A stretch of 64,000 nt of DNA from Bacteroidia bacterium (GTDB lineage Bacteria > Bacteroidota > Bacteroidia > NS11-12g > UBA955): positions 324,853-388,852 of the forward strand of contig JAMNXP010000001.1 of assembly GCA_023653095.1 (NCBI GenBank), written 5' to 3'. Of this stretch, positions 48,828-57,269 are shown one piece after another (position 1 is the stretch's first letter; each line of letters starts with the position of its first letter). The position numbers and the translations under genes were made by a program. The notes under the pieces were generated by a model. It was not told the origin of the DNA and did not search any database. It was given only the letters and a program-made list of their open reading frames with translations.

Positions 48828-49693
48828 ATCTGAATATCAGAATCATCCAGTTCTTCGGTGATAAATTCTAGGGTATTGTCAAGAATGAACCAAAAATCTT
48901 GCGGTGCTTCAGATAAATCCTTCATGGGGTGTTTGCAGCCAAATGTATGATCTTGATTTTCAATTTCAATTTTTATACTGTGGTCACAAGCTGCATAAAG
49001 ATTTCTGGCTGCCTCAATGGGAACCACAATATCTGAATTTCCGTGAATCATTAACCACGGTTTAGTCAAGATGCCTGCTGCTGATAGAATGTTATATTCT
49101 TTGCTGTGCATTTCAAGATCTTGCCAAATAATGTAATTCAAAGGCATTTCTTGTTGGGTTCTGGCATTCATTATTTGAACGGTTTCTTGGGACTTCCATT
49201 CGTTTTTATCGATAGCTTTAAACAAAGACTCATAACTATCGATGGCTGACCAAGTCACTATTTTGTCTACATAATCAGGAAATTTTGAGGCGAATAAAAT
49301 CACGTTAGCACCTCCTCTGCTATGTCCGAGCCAGGAAATCTTTTCAGGATGTAGGTTGTATTCTTGGCAAGCTTCGTTTACCAGCCAAAGTGCGATAGAT
49401 TCCATATCGCGAAGTTCCTGGGTGACCGTATTATGAGCAAATCTTGGGAGATCATCAAAATCTCTGCGATCAACTCCATTGTGGGTGAAGTTAAACGTAA
49501 CGACAGCTGTGTTTTCTGTTACCAGGAAATCATGCAAATGCGGAACAAAGGCCCAATCTTTAAAGCCCTTGAATCCGTGCACATAAATGATGGTTTGAAT
49601 TCCTTCACTGGAGGGAAATTCGGGTAAAAACAAATCGACGGCCATGTTATGACCGTCGATTGTTGTAATTACCGATGAAATTTTTCGGTTCAC
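48824..49693 (-). CDS. alpha/beta hydrolase fold protein
   Basis: IIYVHGFKGFKDW, nucleophile elbow GHSRGG, and late His (QDHTF). The GTG start at 49693 lies 4 nt after the tRNA-Leu 3' end. Confidence 0.65.
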   Translation of the reverse strand: MNRKISSVITTIDGHNMAVDLFLPEFPSSEGIQTIIYVHGFKGFKDWAFVPHLHDFLVTENTAVVTFNFTHNGVDRRDFDDLPRFAHNTVTQELRDMESIALWLVNEACQEYNLHPEKISWLGHSRGGANVILFASKFPDYVDKIVTWSAIDSYESLFKAIDKNEWKSQETVQIMNARTQQEMPLNYIIWQDLEMHSKEYNILSAAGILTKPWLMIHGNSDIVVPIEAARNLYAACDHSIKIEIENQDHTFGCKHPMKDLSEAPQDFWFILDNTLEFITEELDDSDIQI

Positions 49694-49697
49694 GCGG

Positions 49698-49781
49698 TGC
49701 CCAGGACCGGAGTCGAACCGGTACGAGGGTTAGCTCACTGGTGTTTGAGACCAGCGCGTCTACCGATTCCGCCACCTGGGC
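49698..49781 (-). tRNA. tRNA-Leu (anticodon CAA), type II with a long variable arm, no encoded CCA
   Basis: Folded by hand. Acceptor GCCCAGG/CCUGGGC; anticodon stem CUGGU/ACCAG with loop CUCAAAC; variable arm GAG..CUC; T arm ACCGG-UUCGACU-CCGGU; discriminator A followed by CCG. Confidence 0.9.
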
Positions 49782-49798
49782 CTCTCATTTGAGGAGTG

Positions 49799-49828
49799 CA
49801 AAAATACAATAATTTTCAATTATTACAA
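49799..49828 (-). promoter_or_regulatory. Bacteroidota sigma-A-type promoter for tRNA-Leu
   Basis: The minus strand reads TTG (49828-49826), N19, then TATTTTTG (49806-49799). It ends 17 nt upstream of the tRNA 5' end. Confidence 0.4.
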
Positions 49829-49834
49829 AATTTA

Positions 49835-50347
49835 TTACTCAATTAGCACAGAATTATGCCTTTTCCATTCAATGATTTCCATGTTAGAAATGCTTCCTTG
49901 ATTGATTTGAAACCTCAATGCCGTTCTAACTTGATGAAAACCATGCAATCCGCAGGCACCAGGATTCAAATACATCCAACCAAAGATGGGGTCATTTTTT
50001 ACTTGAAGAATGTGTGAATGTCCGCAAATAAATAATTTAGGTTTGAAGTACGCGGCCTTACCTATGATTTTAGGATTGTACTTTCCGGGTTTACCACCAA
50101 TGTGAGTCATGAAGACCTTTACCCCTTCAATTTCGAATTGATTGATTACGGGGTGATAATTTTTCACGTCGGTGCCATCAATATTACCATGAACACCTCT
50201 GAGTGTTTTCTGGCGTTTCAGAATATCTTGATGCATATCGAGGTTAAGCCAATCTCCGGCATGCCAAACTTCATCGGCCCATTCAACATGTTGAAGAATG
50301 CCTTCATCTATATATCCGTGATTATCACTGAGCAGAAGTATTTTCAT
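49835..50347 (-). CDS. metallophosphoesterase family protein (YfcE-like)
   Basis: MKILLLSDNHGY, AGD, GNIDG and CGHSH motifs. The start is taken at 50347; the track starts at 50374. Confidence 0.75.
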   Translation of the reverse strand: MKILLLSDNHGYIDEGILQHVEWADEVWHAGDWLNLDMHQDILKRQKTLRGVHGNIDGTDVKNYHPVINQFEIEGVKVFMTHIGGKPGKYNPKIIGKAAYFKPKLFICGHSHILQVKNDPIFGWMYLNPGACGLHGFHQVRTALRFQINQGSISNMEIIEWKRHNSVLIE

Positions 50348-51590
50348 ATTTTCTCCAACTTTTAAATAATTCAACTGTATTCAGTCCAACTATAATTGAA
50401 ATGATAGAATACCAAGGAAGCAAGTATCTAGCAGCTCCTACAGGTCCCAATAATAGGAGATAACATCCAAAAGCCATTAAAACTATGAACGTTGCAGAAT
50501 CGATTGGCTTCTTTTTAGAAAGCAAAAAAGTAGACGCTACCAATAACATTATTTTTAACAATCCAATTAAGGCGAATATTGCCATATAGACCCACTCGTA
50601 AATAGGTCGTTTTTGTTTCTGGGGATTTCCATCGTTAACACCTAAAAATCCGGATGATTTAGGCCAATTCCAAAAGACCATGGCGTCATATCTGCCCGGA
50701 TCGATAAGGGTTTGCAAGGATCCTTTAAAATGTATCCATGCATAATGAACAGGATAATTTAGAATTGATTCTTGGGTTTTGGATTTCATGAATGAGTCTA
50801 CCACCCTATTTACATGAATGTTTTTCTTTATGAATTCTGATTCGACCGAATATACTGAATCAACAACTTCAGGATTCATGACTTGATGCAGCAATAATTT
50901 CCGGTTATAATAATAGGAATTGGTGGTCCCCATGGAGGTATAGGTTGGTAATTGATGTTTTTGAAGATTAAAGAATGTCCATCCCCCGAAAAAGAAAAAA
51001 GGGAACATCATTTTGATCCAATTGCGCTCGTGATTCAATAAAAACTGTATCACTGGAAGAATGAGTAAATAAAAGAAAATGGGCTTAAGTCCGATGATAA
51101 ATGCCACTGTAAGGCCGGTATTTTTTCTTAGAAGAAGCTGTTTGAATATGATCAATAGCAATAATTGCGCGAGTATATCTGGCAGCTCTAGGGCCGTATA
51201 ATAGAATTGAAGGGGGTAGCTTACTAATAAAATCAAGACCCAATTAAATTGTTTTTCGGCATTCAAAACTTGGAGAATTTGGTATACCAAAACTGGAATA
51301 TACAGTGACGCCATTAATTGGATGGCTCTAAGTGAAAAGATGCCGGGCGAATCTGTAAATGGGAATTCAAGAAAAGAAAGCGCCGGATAAAGCGGTGACC
51401 TTCGCAATTCTGCCAATGGTGTATCTGAAATTTGGACTTTTGATATCCAACTTAATGCTGTTTTGATGTATTCGGCAGTGTCTAACAACTCTGCAGGAAT
51501 GAAATAATGCCACACTACAGCTGATAATGCAGCAATTGAATACACTTTCGCCCAAGTTTTAGAATAGGTATTTTTAATTTGAGCAATCAT
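50325..51590 (-). CDS. polytopic membrane protein, possibly a GT-C-like glycosyltransferase; function unknown
   Basis: About 10 or more hydrophobic segments plus a soluble loop of ~110 aa. The layout resembles ArnT/PMT-type enzymes, but I recognised no diagnostic motif. Confidence 0.5.
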   Translation of the reverse strand: MIAQIKNTYSKTWAKVYSIAALSAVVWHYFIPAELLDTAEYIKTALSWISKVQISDTPLAELRRSPLYPALSFLEFPFTDSPGIFSLRAIQLMASLYIPVLVYQILQVLNAEKQFNWVLILLVSYPLQFYYTALELPDILAQLLLLIIFKQLLLRKNTGLTVAFIIGLKPIFFYLLILPVIQFLLNHERNWIKMMFPFFFFGGWTFFNLQKHQLPTYTSMGTTNSYYYNRKLLLHQVMNPEVVDSVYSVESEFIKKNIHVNRVVDSFMKSKTQESILNYPVHYAWIHFKGSLQTLIDPGRYDAMVFWNWPKSSGFLGVNDGNPQKQKRPIYEWVYMAIFALIGLLKIMLLVASTFLLSKKKPIDSATFIVLMAFGCYLLLLGPVGAARYLLPWYSIISIIVGLNTVELFKSWRKYENTSAQ

Positions 51591-52099
51591 TTATAAAGCC
51601 ATTGTAAAATAATGGAAATGATGGTTGTGAACAAAAATAGAGCTAGTTTAACTTCAAACTTTTGGGTCTTATACACTAATATAGACAAACCGAAAATAAG
51701 TATTGGTAAAAGAATGTGACGGATCTGAAACGGAGGTCTAAATTTAAAAGGACTTATATATTGAAAAGTAGTATTGTTACTTTCCAAGGCAAAACGTGCA
51801 TTTAAATAAATTGGGGTCAAATATACATAGGCCATTTGACCGGGTGTAACTCTGTAATAGGTGGCCTCATCAACTTCCACTTGAATCACTTGGCCCGTTT
51901 GAGGATCAGTTAATATTAGAGAGAAATCGAGTTGTTTATTGATTTTAATTTCTTCTTGTAAATCAAGTGCCAAATCAGTGTTGGCAACCTCCATATTTTT
52001 GATTAATGGTGGAAGAACTTCATCGAGAATATGTAAAAGCGAGATAAAGCAGAATAACACTGCCAATAACGAGGCGAAACGAGAGAGTTTGACTTCCAT
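51587..52099 (-). CDS. hypothetical membrane protein
   Basis: One N-terminal and two C-terminal hydrophobic segments flank a ~90 aa domain. Its stop overlaps the next gene's start by 4 nt. Confidence 0.5.
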   Translation of the reverse strand: MEVKLSRFASLLAVLFCFISLLHILDEVLPPLIKNMEVANTDLALDLQEEIKINKQLDFSLILTDPQTGQVIQVEVDEATYYRVTPGQMAYVYLTPIYLNARFALESNNTTFQYISPFKFRPPFQIRHILLPILIFGLSILVYKTQKFEVKLALFLFTTIISIILQWLYK

Positions 52100-52114
52100 T
52101 TCGCCTTTATAAGC

Positions 52115-53485
52115 TTAAATTTCTGTGTTACTATCCCACTGTTCGAGGTAGTCTGCTACTTTTCTAACGAACATACCACCAAGCGCACCGTCAACCACTC
52201 TATGGTCATAACTATGGCTTAGATACATCATATGTCGAATAGCGATTACATCACCGTGTTCAGTTTCAAGTACTGCGGGTTTCTTACGAATAGCACCAAC
52301 GGCCATAATGGCTACTTGGGGTTGATTGATTACAGGAGTTCCAAATACATTTCCAAAGGAACCTACGTTTGTAACCGTGTAAGTACCGCCTTGAATTTCA
52401 TCTGGGCTTAATTTGTTGTCACGAGCTCTAATGGCAAGTTCATTAACGGCTCTTGTGAGGCCTAAAAGGTTCATTGAATCAGCATTTTTAATTACGGGCA
52501 CAATGAGGTTACCATTTTTCTGAGCTACAGCCATTCCTATATTGATTGACTTTTTCTTGATGATTTTATCTCCATCAACCGAAACATTGATCATTGGAAA
52601 ATCTTTGATCGCTTTAGAAATAGCCCACAAGAAAATGGGGGTAAAAGTGATGTTTTGTCCTTCGCGTTTCTTAAACGAATCTTTAACCTTGTCTCTCCAT
52701 TTTACCAAATTGGTCACATCCGCTTCAACGAAACTCGTTACGTGTGGAGATGTATGCATACTCATCACCATATGATCTGCGATAAGTTTGCGTACTCTAT
52801 CCATCTGAATGATTTCATCTCCATTATCCAGAGATTTAGCCACAGGTAGCTGATTGTTGGTTGCTGGTACTGGACTTGGTGCGGCTTGTACTTGGGTTGA
52901 AACTGGAGCAGCAGTAACTACATGAGCTTGAGTTTGAATGGCAACATTACTTCTGTTGTTCAAATAAGTAAGAATATCTGATTTAGTCACTCTGCCTTCT
53001 AATCCTGTACCCGGTATTTTCTCCAATTCATTGAAAGATATTCCTTCTTGAGAGGCGATATTCATCACCAATGGAGAATAGAATCTCGATCCAGAACCTT
53101 TTGTAATTGGGTTTATTGTTTGTTCGACAGCGGCTTGAACTTGATTTTCTATGACATTTACTGCTTCTGCTACTACTTCAGGCACTATATTAGCAGTGCT
53201 TTCATTAATGGGAGTTGTTGAATTAGCAGCACTCGCGCTCGCACCTTCTGCATCAATAAATGCTATGGGCTCACCTACTTTAACAACGTCTCCATCTTGA
53301 AACAATTGCTTAGTCAGAATACCTTCTTCAGTGCTAGGGATTTCGTTATCTACTTTATCTGTAGCGATTTCAACCAGTGGTTCGTCTTTAGCAACGTGAT
53401 CACCTACATTTTTCAACCAGCGAATCACAGTTGCTTCGCTGATACTTTCACCCATTTTGGGAACGAGGATTGGTTTTTCTGCCAT
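52115..53485 (-). CDS. 2-oxoacid dehydrogenase complex E2 (dihydrolipoamide acyltransferase); substrate class unresolved
   Basis: Lipoyl domain (VEIATDKVDNEIPS), E3-binding domain (SPLVMNIASQEGI), Ala/Pro/Gln linkers, and catalytic domain with SHSYDHRVVDG. Confidence 0.9.
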   Translation of the reverse strand: MAEKPILVPKMGESISEATVIRWLKNVGDHVAKDEPLVEIATDKVDNEIPSTEEGILTKQLFQDGDVVKVGEPIAFIDAEGASASAANSTTPINESTANIVPEVVAEAVNVIENQVQAAVEQTINPITKGSGSRFYSPLVMNIASQEGISFNELEKIPGTGLEGRVTKSDILTYLNNRSNVAIQTQAHVVTAAPVSTQVQAAPSPVPATNNQLPVAKSLDNGDEIIQMDRVRKLIADHMVMSMHTSPHVTSFVEADVTNLVKWRDKVKDSFKKREGQNITFTPIFLWAISKAIKDFPMINVSVDGDKIIKKKSINIGMAVAQKNGNLIVPVIKNADSMNLLGLTRAVNELAIRARDNKLSPDEIQGGTYTVTNVGSFGNVFGTPVINQPQVAIMAVGAIRKKPAVLETEHGDVIAIRHMMYLSHSYDHRVVDGALGGMFVRKVADYLEQWDSNTEI

Positions 53486-53530
53486 AGGAATTAAAGTACA
53501 AATTTCGTATTTTTCCTTGGGTTCGCCAAC

Positions 53531-54442
53531 TCAAATTTCAGAACCAATATCTACAATCTTCATAAGTGCCTCAATTTCAGTTTGTTTTTCACTGTCATGT
53601 TGATCACCATAAGCGAAATGTAGATTTCTAAGTACCCGTTTAAAGATGTCAATTGGAGTGCATGGCTGGTAAAATTGGGTTTGTTTTTCTACTTTAATCA
53701 CTTTCAAAAAGGCATCAATGCTTTCTTCTGCAAAGATTTGTCCTTTACTAAACGGATTTATATAAAATAAAACTTTGCCACTAAAATTTTTCAGATTTAT
53801 GTCTTCAGGTTCATAAAAACCGTTGGTTTTCATGTCTGAATGCAATTTACCATAGGCTAAAATAAAATGTTGAGGGAGGTTAACTCCAAACAATGGAATT
53901 CCAAGGCTATTGGCAATCTGTATATACAGCATGGCCAATGAAATGGGATTCCCTTTTTTAGTCTCCATAACCCTAGTTATCAAAGAATTATCTGGTGAAT
54001 GATACTGTGTATTATTTCCTGTAAAACCATATTCTTTGAATATAACATGATTCAAAATTTGAATTTGATCTAATGGATTTTCGACACCCGATAATTTCAC
54101 CCACGCATCAATTTTTATTCTATTCAAATGGGCCTTGATAATTCCCTCGCTTAGCCCTGGATATTGAACTCTACTGGCTAAAACCCAAGCCTGTAGGGTA
54201 TTTCTTTGATCATCAAGGAGCCAATCGTTCACCGCCGAATGAAGTGCTTTTCTCTGAATGAGTTTAAGAATTAATTCAATTTGATTGGAACAGTCTTCAA
54301 ACTGTTTTGACAAGTACGCTTCTTCTAGGTCAGATAAAATCTCATCGCCCGATTCAAGAAGTTTATTTTCAACAATTTGAACCACTTCTTCATCTGAATC
54401 ATCCAATAGTTTCAGCAGAGCATGAAGTTCGTTTTTCTCCAT
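53531..54442 (-). CDS. SirB1/transglutaminase-like family protein
   Basis: KGNPISLAMLYIQIANSLGIPLFGVNLPQHFILAY resembles the SirB1 N-terminal transglutaminase-like core. The start is taken at MEKNELH. Confidence 0.55.
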   Translation of the reverse strand: MEKNELHALLKLLDDSDEEVVQIVENKLLESGDEILSDLEEAYLSKQFEDCSNQIELILKLIQRKALHSAVNDWLLDDQRNTLQAWVLASRVQYPGLSEGIIKAHLNRIKIDAWVKLSGVENPLDQIQILNHVIFKEYGFTGNNTQYHSPDNSLITRVMETKKGNPISLAMLYIQIANSLGIPLFGVNLPQHFILAYGKLHSDMKTNGFYEPEDINLKNFSGKVLFYINPFSKGQIFAEESIDAFLKVIKVEKQTQFYQPCTPIDIFKRVLRNLHFAYGDQHDSEKQTEIEALMKIVDIGSEI

Positions 54443-54455
54443 TTCAATAAGGCAA

Positions 54456-57011
54456 TTACTTTTTTGCTGCATTCTTCATAGCAACTTTCTTCTTTGGAGC
54501 AGCTTTAGCACTAGACTTAGTAGCTGTTTTTGTAGTTTTTGTTGACTTTGAAGTTTTAGAAACTATATCTTTCGCCAATTCTTGAATAACTGCATAAGAA
54601 ACGTCTTCAACTGCCATTCCTTTGGGCATCTTGATATTTTCTTTCCCGTATTTTATGTAAGGACCGTATCTACCATCCTGAACTGAAACATCTTCATTTT
54701 CAGTGAAAGTTTTTAAGATTTTCTTATTATCGGCTTCCGCTTTTTTAGTTATTAACTCAATGGCTGAGTCTAATGTGATTTGGAATGGATCCTGATTTTT
54801 GGGGATACTCGCAAATAAATTCCCATGTTTGACGTATGGTCCGAATCTACCCGCTCCTACAGTCACCTTTTTATCTTGATAAACACCAAGATCTATTGGA
54901 AAACTTGGTTTTGAAAAGTGATCATCCAAAAGCGCAGTAATTGAATCTTGATTCAGACTCATTACGTTGATTTCCTTAGAAAGATTGATGTATTTATCAG
55001 CTAACTTCAAATATGGGCCATAACGACCATTACCAACCACAACTGGCTCTCCCTTGTAATCGAAACCATTGTTCAATACTGAAAGCAATTGAATGGCATC
55101 ATTAAATGTCACAGATTCCAATCGTTGGGTAGACAACAAACTAGCATAAACGGGTGTTTCTGTCTCTTCTCTGCTTCCTAATTGAACCATGGGTCCGTAC
55201 TGCCCCATTCTAACCAATACCGTTTTACCGCTTATTGGGTCAATACCTAAAATTCGTTCCCCATTCACTCGAGATGCTGTTTCAGAAACAGATTGTAAAT
55301 TGGTTTTGAAGGGACCATAAAATTCTTCCAGCATATTTTGCCAGCTTTTAAGTCCTTCGGCAATTTCATCAAATTCTTTTTCAACGGCCGCCGTGAAGCC
55401 ATAATCCATGATATCAGAAAAATGGCTTGCCAAGAAATCGGTCACAAGCATTCCTATATCGGTAGGAAACAATTTGTTTTTCTCCGCTCCATAATTCTCT
55501 TTGATGACCTGATCCGTCAAATCTGACCCCTTAAGCGTAAGGATTTTAATTGAACGCTGTTGAGCTACTCTTGATTCAGTTTGGATATATCCTCGTTGTT
55601 GAACAGTTTTGATGGTTGGTGCATAGGTTGAAGGTCTACCAATGCCTAATTCCTCCAATTTTTTAACCAATGCTGCTTCAGAATACCTAGGTGGATGTTT
55701 ATCGTATTTCTCAGTGGCTACAACCGAATGATTAACCAATGCTTCATTTACAAACATTGCAGGCAACATACCTTCTTGGTCTTGATCATTCTCATCGTCG
55801 GTACTTTCTAAATACACTTTGAGAAATCCTTCAAACTTAACTACCTCACCTTCGGCTTTGAAAATGCTGGTATTCTTGTCATTGCCAATATTCACGACGG
55901 TTTTCTCCAATTCTGCACGCGACATTTGCGAAGCTATTGCACGCTTCCAAATTAATTCATACAGCTTTTTTTCTTGGGGATTAGAACCCGCTGAATGATT
56001 ATTGAAATACGTTGGCCTTATGGCTTCGTGTGCTTCTTGAGCACCAGAAGTTTTTGTATTGAAATTACGTGGATTCGAGAATTTCTCTCCGTATGCAGAT
56101 AATATTTCATTTTTTGCACCCTCAATGGCTGTACCACTAAGGTTAACAGAATCTGTTCTCATGTAACTGATATGTCCGTTTTCGTATAGTTTCTGTGCAA
56201 TTTGCATAGTACGAGTAACGTCATATCCGAGTTTCCTTGAGGCTTCTTGTTGTAGGGTTGAAGTTGTAAACGGAGGTGCTGGATTTCGGTAAGTTGGTTT
56301 AACTTCAATAGTATTCACCTGGAAATGAGCGCCTTTTAATGTCTCTAAGAAGTTTTTAGCTTCCTCGCTAGTTTTAAACCGTTGAGGTAAATCGGCTTTA
56401 AATTTTTTACCTTTCGACGTTTCAAATTCAGCACTTACCTTAAAATCTGCTGTTGTATTGAATTCGGTGATTTCTCTTTCGCGTTCAACAACCAATCTAA
56501 CCGCTACCGATTGTACGCGGCCCGCACTCAAACCCGTTCTAACGCGAGTCCATAAAACGGGAGATAACGAATACCCCACAATTCTATCTAAAATTCTACG
56601 CGCTTGTTGAGCATCTACCAGAAATTGATCAATGTCTCTGGGATTTTCAACGGCTCTTAAAATAGCGGGTTTAGTAATTTCATTGAAAACAATTCTCTTT
56701 GTTGGGATTTTTTTAAGCCCTAATTCTTCGTAAAGGTGCCACGAAATAGCTTCACCCTCGCGGTCCTCGTCCGTTGCTAACCAAACAATTTCCGATGATT
56801 TTACAAGTTTTTTTAGTTCACGAACCAGTTCTACCTTATCATCAGAAACCACATAATGCGGTTGAAAGCCATTTTTGATATCTATGGCATTGTTCCCGTC
56901 AACTAGGTCACGTATATGACCTTTACAGGAAACAACTTTAAAATCAGAGCCTAAAAACTTTTCAATGGTTTTGGCTTTTGCGGGTGACTCTACGATAACG
57001 AGGTTCTTCAT
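54456..57011 (-). CDS. topA: DNA topoisomerase I (type IA)
   Basis: Toprim domain (LVIVESPAKAKTI, ATDEDREGEAISWH), active-site region ISYMRTDS, repeated C-terminal GRYGPY(I/L)K motifs, and a Lys-rich tail. Confidence 0.95.
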   Translation of the reverse strand: MKNLVIVESPAKAKTIEKFLGSDFKVVSCKGHIRDLVDGNNAIDIKNGFQPHYVVSDDKVELVRELKKLVKSSEIVWLATDEDREGEAISWHLYEELGLKKIPTKRIVFNEITKPAILRAVENPRDIDQFLVDAQQARRILDRIVGYSLSPVLWTRVRTGLSAGRVQSVAVRLVVEREREITEFNTTADFKVSAEFETSKGKKFKADLPQRFKTSEEAKNFLETLKGAHFQVNTIEVKPTYRNPAPPFTTSTLQQEASRKLGYDVTRTMQIAQKLYENGHISYMRTDSVNLSGTAIEGAKNEILSAYGEKFSNPRNFNTKTSGAQEAHEAIRPTYFNNHSAGSNPQEKKLYELIWKRAIASQMSRAELEKTVVNIGNDKNTSIFKAEGEVVKFEGFLKVYLESTDDENDQDQEGMLPAMFVNEALVNHSVVATEKYDKHPPRYSEAALVKKLEELGIGRPSTYAPTIKTVQQRGYIQTESRVAQQRSIKILTLKGSDLTDQVIKENYGAEKNKLFPTDIGMLVTDFLASHFSDIMDYGFTAAVEKEFDEIAEGLKSWQNMLEEFYGPFKTNLQSVSETASRVNGERILGIDPISGKTVLVRMGQYGPMVQLGSREETETPVYASLLSTQRLESVTFNDAIQLLSVLNNGFDYKGEPVVVGNGRYGPYLKLADKYINLSKEINVMSLNQDSITALLDDHFSKPSFPIDLGVYQDKKVTVGAGRFGPYVKHGNLFASIPKNQDPFQITLDSAIELITKKAEADNKKILKTFTENEDVSVQDGRYGPYIKYGKENIKMPKGMAVEDVSYAVIQELAKDIVSKTSKSTKTTKTATKSSAKAAPKKKVAMKNAAKK

Positions 57012-57026
57012 GAATGTGGAAATAAA

Positions 57027-57269
57027 TTATTGAGCTGAAAAAATGATTGTTCTTGAATAAGTACCGGTTTCTGTAGTGAGTTTAACAAAATAGATTCCGT
57101 TTTGTGTGTTTTTGGGCGCTTCAATTTTAAATTCTTCAGTTCCCAAGTTAAGGGACCCTTGAAAAATGTCTTGAATTTTACGACCCGAGTAATCATATAA
57201 TGCTAAAGATGCATTTTGAGTTGGAACTGATGAATTAATACTGAAGGTTGCGAATTCATTGGTGGGATT
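57027..57269 (-). other. type-A T9SS C-terminal sorting domain (Por_Secre_tail, TIGR04183-like)
   Basis: FQLYPNPTNEFATFSI...LALYDYSGRKI...NGIYFVKLTTETGTYSRTIIF. Confidence 0.7.

Noticed and set aside
49698-49781. tRNA-Leu as a possible genomic-island integration site
   Set aside because: I saw no integrase, transposase or phage gene, and no direct repeat of the tRNA 3' half, in the flanks. The neighbouring genes are ordinary housekeeping or metabolic genes.
52115-53485. Assigning the E2 acyltransferase to a specific complex (pyruvate, 2-oxoglutarate or branched-chain)
   Set aside because: No E1 or E3 genes are adjacent, and motif reading alone (single lipoyl domain, DHRVVDG) cannot discriminate. 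It is left as a generic 2-oxoacid dehydrogenase E2.
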